Source of the DNA: Hyphomicrobiales bacterium
GTDB taxonomy: Bacteria > Pseudomonadota > Alphaproteobacteria > Rhizobiales > OSC116
NCBI GenBank assembly: GCA_051531935.1
Contig: JAOPTR010000016.1
Span: 493,766-557,765 of the forward strand
Reading direction: 5' to 3'
DNA: 64,000 bases
A model generated the notes under the pieces. That model was given only the letters and a program-made list of their open reading frames with translations. It did no database searches and had not been told where the DNA came from. This document shows positions 39,634-48,311 of this stretch, piece by piece (positions within the stretch are counted from its first letter, which is position 1; the number at the start of each line of letters is the position of its first letter). Made by a program: the position numbers and the translations under genes.

Positions 39634-40605
39634 ATGGTCGAAATTTTACGCGCCAACCAACAAAATTTAAAAGAAGCTGGTAAGGCCATCAGGCGCGGTG
39701 AATTGGTCGCATTCCCAACCGAAACCGTCTATGGCCTCGGAGCCGATGCCACCAATGATGCCGCCGTAAAATCTATCTACGCAGCCAAAGGCCGCCCCAG
39801 CAACAACCCACTCATCGTGCACATTACAAGTATGGATCAAGCGTTAGAATATGGCGAGTTTGATGACAGAGCCAAGCAATTGGCTGCCCAATTTTGGCCG
39901 GGGCCAATGTCCCTCATTGTCAAACGCAGCATCAATTGCCCGCTATCTACCATTGTCAGTGCAGGCGGCCCAAGCGTTGCATTGCGCATGCCAGCCCACC
40001 CCATTTCTCGGCAATTGCTCGAAGCCGCAAATGTGCCCGTGGCCGCCCCAAGCGCCAACGCATCGGGCGGCATTAGCCCCACATTAGCGGAACATGTCAA
40101 ACAAAGCCTAGGTGATGATATTTATATGATAATCGACGGTGGTGCTTGCTTGGTCGGTGTTGAATCTTCAGTCATTTCAGTCGTGCCCAATGAGGCGGTT
40201 AAAATTTTACGCCCAGGCAGTATAAATATAATTGCAGTGGAGCAACTGCTTGGCACATCTGTCGAACATGTTCAAAGCTCAAAATCTGCGGATGAAAAAC
40301 TCATCTCCCCTGGCATGCTTACCAGTCACTATGCTCCCAAAGTTAGCCTCAAAACTAATATTTCAACACCCGATAAAAACCAAGCCTATCTGGCATTTGG
40401 GCAAAATAATTTTAAAAATTACAGCCTCAATTTAAGCCCTAGTGCCAACTTAGATGAAGCCGCACAGAATCTTTTTGCTATGTTGCATGCGTTAGATGAT
40501 TATTGTATAGAAAATGGCTGCACAATTGCTGTTGCGCCCATCCCAAATTTAAATATTGGTGTGGCCATTAACGACCGTCTTAGCCGTGCCGCGGCTCCAA
40601 AATGA
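39634..40605 (+). CDS. tsaC: L-threonylcarbamoyladenylate synthase (Sua5/YwlC long form)
   Basis: AFPTETVYGLGADA, KGRPSNNPLIVH and SANASG, plus a Sua5 C-terminal domain. Confidence 0.88.
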   Translation: MVEILRANQQNLKEAGKAIRRGELVAFPTETVYGLGADATNDAAVKSIYAAKGRPSNNPLIVHITSMDQALEYGEFDDRAKQLAAQFWPGPMSLIVKRSINCPLSTIVSAGGPSVALRMPAHPISRQLLEAANVPVAAPSANASGGISPTLAEHVKQSLGDDIYMIIDGGACLVGVESSVISVVPNEAVKILRPGSINIIAVEQLLGTSVEHVQSSKSADEKLISPGMLTSHYAPKVSLKTNISTPDKNQAYLAFGQNNFKNYSLNLSPSANLDEAAQNLFAMLHALDDYCIENGCTIAVAPIPNLNIGVAINDRLSRAAAPK

Positions 40606-42026
40606 GAGAGACTATGACATTCAATCAACTCACCCAAGCCGATACCGATTATTTTATCAAGATTTTGGGCGCAAAACATGTCCTCACTGAACAAGCAGAT
40701 ATAGAGCCGCATACCGAAGAACCGCGTAAGCTCTATACAAAAGACAGCCCGTGCGTTTTACGCCCCGCCAACACCGAGCAAGTGTCACAAATCCTTAAAC
40801 ATGCAAATACCCGCAAATTAGCGGTCATTCCGCAAGGCGGCAATACGGGTTTGGTTGGCGCACAAGTGCCACATACAGGCGATGAAATCATCATTTCACT
40901 TAGCCGCTTAAGTGGCGATATAAAAGTATCCGCACAAACCCAAAGCCTCACATGTGGCGTGGGTAATACATTGACACAAGTACAGCTTGCTGCACTCGAG
41001 GCTGGCCTATTTTTTCCACTCAGTTTGGCGTCAGAGGGCAGTTGCCAGATTGGCGGCAACATAAGCTCTAATGCAGGTGGCACAGGCGTGCTAAAATACG
41101 GCAATACCCGAGATCTGGTATTAGGTTTAGAGGTTGTCATGGCCGATGGCGAAGTTTGGAACGGCCTTAAAAACCTGCGCAAGGATAATACGGGTTATGA
41201 TCTAAAACATATGTTTATTGGCGCCGAAGGCACATTAGGCATTGTCACCCAAGCTTGCTTAAAGCTCTATGCCAAGCCGCAAAACACCGCGACAGCATTT
41301 TGCGCCATACAAAACCCGCAAGAGGCAGTTAATCTATTGTCGCTGGCGCAAAAAAATTGTGATAACCAAGTCACCGCATTCGAAATCATCCCGCAAATTG
41401 GCATAGATTTTGTGCTTAAACACGGTCAAGATGTTCGCTTCCCTCTAGAAAGCCAAGCCCCTTGGTATATCCTCATCGAGCTTGCCCATACAGATGATGC
41501 GCTGATGAACATCCTAGAACAAGCTTTCGAACAAGAATTAGTTAGTGATGCCGCCCTTGCCCAAAACGAAACCCAAGCCAAAGAATTTTGGAAGCTACGC
41601 CACATATTGTCTGAGGTTCAAGGCCTAGAAGGCGGAAGCATTAAACACGATATTAGCGTCGCCGTTGCCGATATACCCGCATTCCTAAAACAAGCCGCAC
41701 TCATTGTAGAGGCGACCATACCCGATGCTCGGCCAGTGCCGTTTGGCCATATAGGTGATGGGAACCTACATTATAACGTCAGTCAACCCGTCGATATGGA
41801 CAAACAAAAATATCTCTCAAAATGGTATGACGTTGCCGATAAGATACATGCCCTAGTGGTTAAAATGAATGGCTCAGTCAGCGCAGAACATGGCATCGGC
41901 CAAATGAAATATAAAGACATGCGCGAGATTAAATCACCGGTAGAACTTAAAATGATGCGACAGATCAAAACCCAATTCGATCCAAACAACATTCTCAACC
42001 CCTATAAAACCATCCCCTTGGACTAA
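40602..42026 (+). CDS. FAD-binding oxidoreductase (GlcD / D-2-hydroxyacid dehydrogenase-like)
   Basis: 474 aa with PQGGNTGLVGAQVP, DNTGYDLKHMFIGAEGTLGI and SAEHGIGQMK. The start overlaps the tsaC stop (ATGA); an alternative ATG is at 40614. Confidence 0.8.
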   Translation: MRETMTFNQLTQADTDYFIKILGAKHVLTEQADIEPHTEEPRKLYTKDSPCVLRPANTEQVSQILKHANTRKLAVIPQGGNTGLVGAQVPHTGDEIIISLSRLSGDIKVSAQTQSLTCGVGNTLTQVQLAALEAGLFFPLSLASEGSCQIGGNISSNAGGTGVLKYGNTRDLVLGLEVVMADGEVWNGLKNLRKDNTGYDLKHMFIGAEGTLGIVTQACLKLYAKPQNTATAFCAIQNPQEAVNLLSLAQKNCDNQVTAFEIIPQIGIDFVLKHGQDVRFPLESQAPWYILIELAHTDDALMNILEQAFEQELVSDAALAQNETQAKEFWKLRHILSEVQGLEGGSIKHDISVAVADIPAFLKQAALIVEATIPDARPVPFGHIGDGNLHYNVSQPVDMDKQKYLSKWYDVADKIHALVVKMNGSVSAEHGIGQMKYKDMREIKSPVELKMMRQIKTQFDPNNILNPYKTIPLD

Positions 42027-42043
42027 TTTCTAGATTAGTATAA

Positions 42044-42157
42044 GCCAACAAGTTGGCAAATAATTATATCGCTTGCGGCTATTCCTCGCTATGCTCGGGC
42101 CTACGCGGGTACGCCCTAACGGGCGGCCTCAGTTGGCAAGTTCGCCAACAAGTTGGC
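42044..42157. repeat. GC-rich island bracketed by two identical 14-bp palindromes (REP/MITE-like)
   Basis: GCCAACAAGTTGGC occurs at 42044-42057 and 42144-42157, exactly 100 bp apart. A third GTTGGC arm is at 42132-42137. The core 42071-42130 is visibly far more GC-rich than its surroundings. Confidence 0.5.
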
Positions 42158-42190
42158 TCATAATCAGCTCAAATTTTAGGTCATATATAA

Positions 42191-42643
42191 ATGTCAATAA
42201 TCAATTTCAGAATCGCCACCAAAGCCGATCAACAAAACGCCATCCAAATCTGGCATGATGCAGGCCTCACACGCCCCCATAACGACCCAGAAAACGATTT
42301 CGAATTTGCATTAAACGGCAAAGAATCCGATATTATCCTTGCCGAAATAGCGGGCAAAATAGTCGCCACTTGTATGGTAGGTCATGATGGGCATCGCGGT
42401 GCGGTATATTATCTAGCCGTTAGCCCCAACCATCAATCCAAAGGTTTGGGCAAATCTCTCATGCAAGAAGCGGAGGATTATTTAGTCGCCAAAGGTGCTT
42501 GGAAAATCAACCTCTTCGTGCGTCATGGCAATGAAAAAGTATTTAATTTTTACGACAAACTGGGCTACGAACCCATTCAAGCCGCATCATTCGCCAAAGT
42601 CATCGACCCCAGTAAAGTGCCAACCATACAGGGTAAAAAATGA
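42191..42643 (+). CDS. GNAT family N-acetyltransferase (YpeA-like)
   Basis: 150 aa with HDGHRGAVYYLAVSPNHQSKGLGKSLM (acetyl-CoA motif A). Confidence 0.8.
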   Translation: MSIINFRIATKADQQNAIQIWHDAGLTRPHNDPENDFEFALNGKESDIILAEIAGKIVATCMVGHDGHRGAVYYLAVSPNHQSKGLGKSLMQEAEDYLVAKGAWKINLFVRHGNEKVFNFYDKLGYEPIQAASFAKVIDPSKVPTIQGKK

Positions 42644-43074
42644 CCGCACTTGTACCAGAATTCGCAGTCCGTGACATTGCAAAAAGCCTCGTATTTTATA
42701 CAGACATCCTCGGTTTTAAAATCAAATACCAACGCCCAGCAGAAGGCTTTGCCTATCTTTATATAGGCGATGCCGAATTAATGCTCGACCAACTCGGCAC
42801 TGGCCGCGATTTTCAAATTGATGAGCAAACCCCACAATATCCATTTGGACGTGGCTTAAACGTGCAGATTAAAGTCAAATCCGTCGCGCCCCTCATTGCA
42901 TCATTAGCCGCGCATAATATAAAATTGTATTTACCATTAGAAGAAAAATATTATCAAACTGACACTCAAGAAGTCGGCCAAAAACAATTTGTCATTGCCG
43001 ATCCAGATGGCTACCTATTGCGCTTTTTCGAACCCTTAAGCAGCCGCCCTCATCAAAGGAAACCATCAAAATAA
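42640..43074 (+). CDS. VOC family (glyoxalase/bleomycin-resistance fold) protein
   Basis: 144 aa, VRDIAKSLVFYTDILGFK ... IADPDGYLLRFFE. It overlaps the GNAT gene by 4 nt. Confidence 0.75.
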   Translation: MTALVPEFAVRDIAKSLVFYTDILGFKIKYQRPAEGFAYLYIGDAELMLDQLGTGRDFQIDEQTPQYPFGRGLNVQIKVKSVAPLIASLAAHNIKLYLPLEEKYYQTDTQEVGQKQFVIADPDGYLLRFFEPLSSRPHQRKPSK

Positions 43075-43863
43075 ATCCAACTGCGCTTTGGGCGCAATCG
43101 GCTTCACCAGATCATCTTCAAGCGTAATTTCATCAATAAAATAGTCACGGTCAACGCGGCTATTGCCCACATCACGGCTTACAGGGTGCATTCTTAGGCT
43201 CTCAACTTCAGCGCTTATTTCTTCATCTGCAAATAAATCCAAGGCGTTGCGCCCCCGCACATTCCAACCATCAAGCCAATCTCCATAAGCATCTGGCGGT
43301 AATAAGCATGGCATACGGTGGTGCACTTGCCTTAACCCAGGCATGGCAGGCTTAGTTAAAATAGCCATCGTATCCATTTCACTACCGTCTGCCGTCATAA
43401 AACGGCTATAAACACCCGCAAAAGCCAATAAGCTATTATTGCTACGGCTCATATCGCGGCTTATATAATATGGCTGCTTGACACCACGAATTGTTTTCCA
43501 CTCATACCAACCTGTTGCGGGTATAATGCACCTATTTTGCTCAATAGCGCCTCTGAACATCGGCTTTTGGCACACAGTTTCACTACGGGCATTTAGCATC
43601 AACGTGCGGGGCGGCTCACGCATCCAATCAGGCATAAAGCCCCATTGCACCCATTGCATTTTTGGCTTGTTCTTTAACCTCTGCTCCACATCTATTTGAT
43701 TTCTAACAATCAGTACAGGTTGCGTCGGTGCAATATTATAGCGTTTCGGCATTTGCATTTGTTCCGAGCCGCTGTAAGAGGTCGAAATATTCAGCGCGCC
43801 CTCAATGCCAAAAAGTTCTGCAATATGTCTGCTATCGTCTAATAAGTTATAACGCGAGCACAT
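43066..43863 (-). CDS. SOS response-associated peptidase (SRAP/YedK family)
   Basis: MCSRYNL N-terminus; SRAP chemistry needs Cys2, so I chose the ATG at 43861-43863 over the longest ORF start at 43872. It also has IIPATGWYEW and HHRMP motifs. Confidence 0.85.
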   Translation of the reverse strand: MCSRYNLLDDSRHIAELFGIEGALNISTSYSGSEQMQMPKRYNIAPTQPVLIVRNQIDVEQRLKNKPKMQWVQWGFMPDWMREPPRTLMLNARSETVCQKPMFRGAIEQNRCIIPATGWYEWKTIRGVKQPYYISRDMSRSNNSLLAFAGVYSRFMTADGSEMDTMAILTKPAMPGLRQVHHRMPCLLPPDAYGDWLDGWNVRGRNALDLFADEEISAEVESLRMHPVSRDVGNSRVDRDYFIDEITLEDDLVKPIAPKAQLDLF

Positions 43864-43976
43864 AAAGCGCATTCCTTGGTAAAAATATATTCACAAGCTA
43901 GCACAATTTTGAATTTGTTAACCAATTTTTTGTATCCTAAACACCTGAATATATTATTTTTTGGTTTTAATCACAT

Positions 43977-44540
43977 ATGGCATCAACGGTCGAAAAACTA
44001 TCTGACAGAAGAAAGCAGCCCAGACGCGCGTCTGACGATCTGCACAAACGCATTGTCGGCAAGTCGATCAGCCCAACTACTTATCTTGCAACCGACTATC
44101 TAAACCATTTCAACGAAGTCATTATGCTGCTCGATATGATTGTCGATATGCCCGACCTGATAGATGATTTGTGCGATTGGCGTCCAAAAGACTATGTCAC
44201 TCATTTTGCGGATAGCGGCCTGTCAGATCAAACTCTCATCGTCGAAGCTTATCATGCCGCCACTGATGAAGACCGCAATACACTTTTTGCCATCACATCA
44301 GAGATGGAACGTATCATTCAAGATACCATCAAAGCCGCTTTAAAAGATAATGTCCGTGCCGATGAAATTTCACTAATTATGCTATGTTCAAGCACAACCG
44401 AAAAACTGCGTGAACGCATAAATCTAGCCTCAGGTGTTATTAATAGTGGTGCTGCTTCTGTGGCTCAACATCATGATGTTGCGCTCACCCACACATCTAT
44501 CAACGATACCCAAGCCACGGCAGATATCTTGTTTAATTAA
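43977..44540 (+). CDS. hypothetical protein (187 aa)
   Basis: Long ORF with a basic N-terminus (RRKQPRRASDDLHKR) and an acidic helical core (TDYLNHFNEVIMLLDMIVDMPDLIDD). No family was recognised. Confidence 0.5.
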   Translation: MASTVEKLSDRRKQPRRASDDLHKRIVGKSISPTTYLATDYLNHFNEVIMLLDMIVDMPDLIDDLCDWRPKDYVTHFADSGLSDQTLIVEAYHAATDEDRNTLFAITSEMERIIQDTIKAALKDNVRADEISLIMLCSSTTEKLRERINLASGVINSGAASVAQHHDVALTHTSINDTQATADILFN

Positions 44541-44565
44541 AGCAAATTTCTCAAAATAATTTTTG

Positions 44566-44580
44566 TTAATAACCCATTAA
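44566..44580. promoter_or_regulatory. TTAA-N7-TTAAC (CtrA-type) box, distal
   Basis: TTAATAACCCATTAAC, 175 bp upstream of the ATG at 44755. Confidence 0.35.
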
Positions 44581-44654
44581 CTATAAATATTCATAAAATT
44601 TTAAATAATTTAAGCTGTTGTTTTATATAGACATTAACGTTCAAATCCACAGCG

Positions 44655-44669
44655 TTAACCTTTTGTTAA
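44655..44669. promoter_or_regulatory. TTAA-N7-TTAA (CtrA-type) box, proximal
   Basis: TTAACCTTTTGTTAA, which reads TTAA-N7-TTAAC on the - strand. It is 86 bp upstream of the ATG at 44755. Confidence 0.4.
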
Positions 44670-44754
44670 GTTTTCCCACCACCTCCGCGCAAATTATGCT
44701 AATTTAGTTTCAACAAATAATTAAGTTAGTTCGAGTTTTGGGGCAAAAGCATTT

Positions 44755-45036
44755 ATGAAAAATCTAAACGATAAATCAGACATTATCGAAGAAGACCCAA
44801 CAAAACATGTTGATCAACAGTTCGAAAAACAACGCGCTCTCAGCTATCTTTTAGAAGCTTGGGAAAACGCAATTAATGATGGCGTCGAGTCAGATATGAT
44901 TGCAACGGCTGCTATTTTCGCTGCTATTTCAGACATGGTCAACCAATATGGCGAAGATCCTGTTGCAAAAATGACAGAGAGCCTAGCCCAACGTATCCGC
45001 ACAGGAGAGTTTACACTCAACAAAACCTTGCAATAG
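44755..45036 (+). CDS. small acidic hypothetical protein (93 aa)
   Basis: ORF with YLLEAWENAINDGVESDMIATAAIFAAISDMV...RIRTGEF. No family was recognised. Confidence 0.5.
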   Translation: MKNLNDKSDIIEEDPTKHVDQQFEKQRALSYLLEAWENAINDGVESDMIATAAIFAAISDMVNQYGEDPVAKMTESLAQRIRTGEFTLNKTLQ

Positions 45037-45130
45037 AAATTAAAAAATTTCATTTGGCATAATTGATTTACATATTAAAAAGCTATATCGTTACTTAAGC
45101 ACCAACTTTATAACTTATTGTTTAAAAATT

Positions 45131-45736
45131 ATGAAAAATGACATACTCCGAAGCACAATAAAAAGACTGTCATCATTATGTATGACGGTCTTTTTGCTTT
45201 TTATAAGCCATCCCGTTGCCGCGCATGAGTTTGATTGCGCAACCCGTGGCGATATAACAGCCCTACCTGAAGCAGTGCTTAAAACCCGCCAAGAAATCAT
45301 GAGCCAAGCCGCGTTTGGCAACATGCTGCCTATGCAAGAAATCGCCGATCAAAATGAAATTTGGCCAGTGGCCGATTTTGGTCCCGATGCCAATTATGAA
45401 GATACCCCCATCCAATCATGGCTCTCTCAATCTCAAGATACCGAAGGGCGCTATATTTTAGCGCAAATGATCGAGGTCCTGAGCATGCCCTACCTCAAGA
45501 AACCACTTAATGGCGGTGTCGACCTCTACATCTGGCCGTATTTTGCCGATCAAGATTTAACATACCCCTGCACGGTAGACATGGTTGAACTGCTTAAAAT
45601 TGTCTCACCAACGGAATATCTTAAAAACCGCCAAACGGGCCTTTATACTGGTTTTCAACTGGCCATCAGCACCGATGGCACATGGCAATATTTTGCGCGT
45701 AAAAACCTAAACAAAAACACCCCAGAAGATAAATAA
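45131..45736 (+). CDS. exported hypothetical protein
   Basis: 201 aa with a signal-like N-terminus (LSSLCMTVFLLFISHPVAA). Its stop is 1 nt before the ygfZ ATG. Confidence 0.5.
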   Translation: MKNDILRSTIKRLSSLCMTVFLLFISHPVAAHEFDCATRGDITALPEAVLKTRQEIMSQAAFGNMLPMQEIADQNEIWPVADFGPDANYEDTPIQSWLSQSQDTEGRYILAQMIEVLSMPYLKKPLNGGVDLYIWPYFADQDLTYPCTVDMVELLKIVSPTEYLKNRQTGLYTGFQLAISTDGTWQYFARKNLNKNTPEDK

Positions 45737-45737
45737 C

Positions 45738-46535
45738 ATGACCAAATTCACCCCCTTCACACTCAAAGACCGTTCATTCATCCAAGTTACAGGCGCAGAT
45801 GCCAGTGAGTTTCTACAAGGTCAAATCAGTAACGATATCGACCTACTCACCCAACAAAGCGCCATCCATGCCCTCATTCTCACTCCGCAAGGTAAAATCC
45901 TAGCCGATTTATTTATTTATAATTATGAGGCAGGTTACCTGCTCGATATACATTCAAGCGCTTGCGATTGGCTGCTCACACGCTTTAACATGTTCAAACT
46001 GCGCAGCAACGTGGCATTCACCAACATCTCCGATAATTTGCATCTCAACATTTCTCAACAATCGTTAGAAAATTCCATCATTTCCGCGCCCGATCCACGC
46101 ATCGCAAATGTCATACGCAACATCAGCAAGTCCACGCTCAACGAAACCAATGCAGCTACTTACCATCACTATTTAGCAAGCCAAGCCATCATAGAATTTG
46201 GTTCAAACTACCAAGCATCAGAGCATTTCCCGCAAGATTTATGGTTCGATAAATTAGGCAGCATAAGCTTCACCAAAGGCTGTTATGTCGGGCAAGAAGT
46301 CGTCTCACGCATGCGCCATAAATCAGATGCCCGCAAACGGCTGTTACCACTTCAATCAACTTCACCACATCAAAAAGGCGATAAAGTCTTACAAGCCGAA
46401 AAATCAGTCGGCGAAGTCATTTGCCAAGTTTATGATATTACCCTAGCCATCATGCGGATGGATAAAATCTCCGCTGATACCACCAATTTAGACCAATTCA
46501 CCATCACGAGGCCAGAATGGATCCAAAACTTATAA
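45738..46535 (+). CDS. ygfZ: folate-binding protein YgfZ/CAF17 (Fe-S cluster repair / tRNA modification)
   Basis: FIQVTGADASEFLQGQISNDI and the signature KGCYVGQEVVSRMRHKS..RKRL. Confidence 0.8.
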   Translation: MTKFTPFTLKDRSFIQVTGADASEFLQGQISNDIDLLTQQSAIHALILTPQGKILADLFIYNYEAGYLLDIHSSACDWLLTRFNMFKLRSNVAFTNISDNLHLNISQQSLENSIISAPDPRIANVIRNISKSTLNETNAATYHHYLASQAIIEFGSNYQASEHFPQDLWFDKLGSISFTKGCYVGQEVVSRMRHKSDARKRLLPLQSTSPHQKGDKVLQAEKSVGEVICQVYDITLAIMRMDKISADTTNLDQFTITRPEWIQNL

Positions 46536-47158
46536 GAAACCGCCATTCAGATGATAACATCCGCATTGGTGATGGCATAAGCCGTTGCGAATGGCCAAAT
46601 GATGATGACGAATTATACCTCGCTTATCACGACAATGCGTGGGGCGTGCCCGAATATAACGACCAAGCACTATTCGCAAAACTCATCCTAGATGGCTTTC
46701 AAGCTGGCCTGTCATGGATCGTCATTTTACGAAAAGAAGAAGCCTTCCGTGAAGCCTTCCATAATTTCGACCCGCACATTCTGTCCACCATTTCCGATGA
46801 TGAGCTAGAAGCCCAGATGAAAAATACGGGCATTGTGCGCAATCGCTCAAAAATATTTGCCGTGCGAAGCAATGCCCAAGCCTATTTAAAACTTCATCAA
46901 GAGGTGGGCTTTGCCAATTATTGGTGGCAACAAGTGGATGGCAAACCAATAGACAGGCAGCGTCAACCAAATGCAGCCTATCCAACCAAATCCGAGCTGA
47001 GTGAAAATATTTCCAAAGACCTCAAAAAACGTGGTTTCAAATATGTTGGCCCCACCATTGTCTACGCTTTTATGGAAGCCGTTGGCCTCATCAACAACCA
47101 TCTTGTCACCTGCCACAGCCATCAAAAATGTGTCGCTAAAATAGAAATACGCACATGA
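46517..47158 (+). CDS. tag: DNA-3-methyladenine glycosylase I
   Basis: RCEWPNDDDELYLAYHDNAWGVPEYNDQALFAKLILDGFQAGLSW and HLVTCHSH (zinc snap). Confidence 0.88.
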   Translation: MDPKLIRNRHSDDNIRIGDGISRCEWPNDDDELYLAYHDNAWGVPEYNDQALFAKLILDGFQAGLSWIVILRKEEAFREAFHNFDPHILSTISDDELEAQMKNTGIVRNRSKIFAVRSNAQAYLKLHQEVGFANYWWQQVDGKPIDRQRQPNAAYPTKSELSENISKDLKKRGFKYVGPTIVYAFMEAVGLINNHLVTCHSHQKCVAKIEIRT

Positions 47159-47793
47159 GTATAAAAACACAAAAAAGGGCGTGGCAGCGCATGCTGTCTG
47201 GCCGTAGGTTAGATCTTTTAGACCCCTCACCTGTCGATATTGAAATCTCAGACATCGCACGCGGCATTGCCTGTGTCGCAAGGTGGAACGGCCAAACCAA
47301 AGGCGACCACGCCTTTTCAGTCGCCGAACATTCCCTTATTGTTGCCGATATTTGCGCCGATCTACTGCCGTCAATTTCAGCCAGATTAGAGCTTATGGCA
47401 TTGCTGCATGATGCGTCAGAATATGTAATTGGCGATATGATAAGCCCGTTCAAAAACGCTCTAGGGTTCGACTATAAACAGTTTGAGGAAAAACTCGAAG
47501 CTGCAATCCATATACGCTTTGGTCTGCGCAGCACACCCACAAAACAAGAAAAAAAACTCATAAAACAAGCCGATTTAGCTTGCGCTTATTACGAAGCCAT
47601 CGGCCTTGCAGGTTTTTCTATTGATGAGGCCAATGAATTTTTTGACAAGCCCAAAAATTTAACTAAAGCTATGGAAACTAAGTTAAATCAATTGAAACCA
47701 CTCAGCGTCAAACAAGCCGAAATTCAATTTATAAATCGGTTTAACAGCATAAATGAACGGTTTTTAAAAGAAACAAAAGTAAAAGGTAATTAA
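47155..47793 (+). CDS. HD-domain phosphohydrolase (YfbR/5'-deoxynucleotidase-like)
   Basis: VAEHSL...LLHDASEYVIGDMISP (H...HD...D). It overlaps tag by 4 nt. Confidence 0.7.
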   Translation: MSIKTQKRAWQRMLSGRRLDLLDPSPVDIEISDIARGIACVARWNGQTKGDHAFSVAEHSLIVADICADLLPSISARLELMALLHDASEYVIGDMISPFKNALGFDYKQFEEKLEAAIHIRFGLRSTPTKQEKKLIKQADLACAYYEAIGLAGFSIDEANEFFDKPKNLTKAMETKLNQLKPLSVKQAEIQFINRFNSINERFLKETKVKGN

Positions 47794-47795
47794 AG

Positions 47796-48299
47796 ATGAT
47801 TCACGTCTGTAGTTTAGACCTCATTTCCCAAAGCATTCAAAATACAAGTGCCGAATTTCTAGTGTCGATCATCAATAAAGATATGATGCCCGAGACCCCG
47901 CATAATATTACCCCTAAAAACCACCTTAAATTATCATTTAACGACATCAACACACCCACCCAAGGCTTCGTCAATGCCCAAGCTTCCGACATCGAGAAGC
48001 TCATTGCATTCCTCGAAAACTGGAACCAACAAGCCCCCATCCTATTCCATTGTTGGGCAGGCGTAAGCCGCTCCACCGCATGCGCTTACATTGCAGCAAA
48101 TTTTGTGCGTGGCGCAGGTGCCGAAGAAGAGTTAGCCCAAAACCTACGCAGTGCAGCACCGTTCGCCACGCCCAATAAATTGGTCATCTCTTTAGCCGAC
48201 CAATGCCTAAAACGTGATGGCAAAATGATAGAAGCCATTGACAATATAGGGCGCGGCAGCTTTACTCATAGCGGCAAGCCATTTGAGCTACCTTTTTAA
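47796..48299 (+). CDS. protein-tyrosine/dual-specificity phosphatase-like protein
   Basis: HCWAGVSRS matches the HCxxGxxR(S/T) P-loop. The gene starts 2 nt after the HD gene stop. Confidence 0.65.
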   Translation: MIHVCSLDLISQSIQNTSAEFLVSIINKDMMPETPHNITPKNHLKLSFNDINTPTQGFVNAQASDIEKLIAFLENWNQQAPILFHCWAGVSRSTACAYIAANFVRGAGAEEELAQNLRSAAPFATPNKLVISLADQCLKRDGKMIEAIDNIGRGSFTHSGKPFELPF

Positions 48300-48311
48300 C
48301 CAGAGAGTTAT

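Noticed and set aside
42073-42258. 61-aa ORF spanning the GC-rich island
   Set aside because: It starts at a non-ATG codon, has no RBS and runs into the GNAT gene start. Its Arg/Pro-rich translation is what a GC-rich repeat would yield. I treated the region as a non-coding repeat instead.
43864-43976. LexA (SOS) box upstream of the SRAP/YedK gene
   Set aside because: I looked for the alphaproteobacterial GTTC-N7-GTTC (GAAC-N7-GAAC) direct repeat in the divergent promoter region and found none. No SOS regulation can be claimed from the sequence.
44755-45036. Possible SciP homologue (93 aa, with CtrA boxes upstream, like Caulobacter sciP)
   Set aside because: Only the length and the upstream boxes coincide. 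The protein is strongly acidic and shows no helix-turn-helix-like basic region. I cannot align it to SciP from memory, so I make no functional call.
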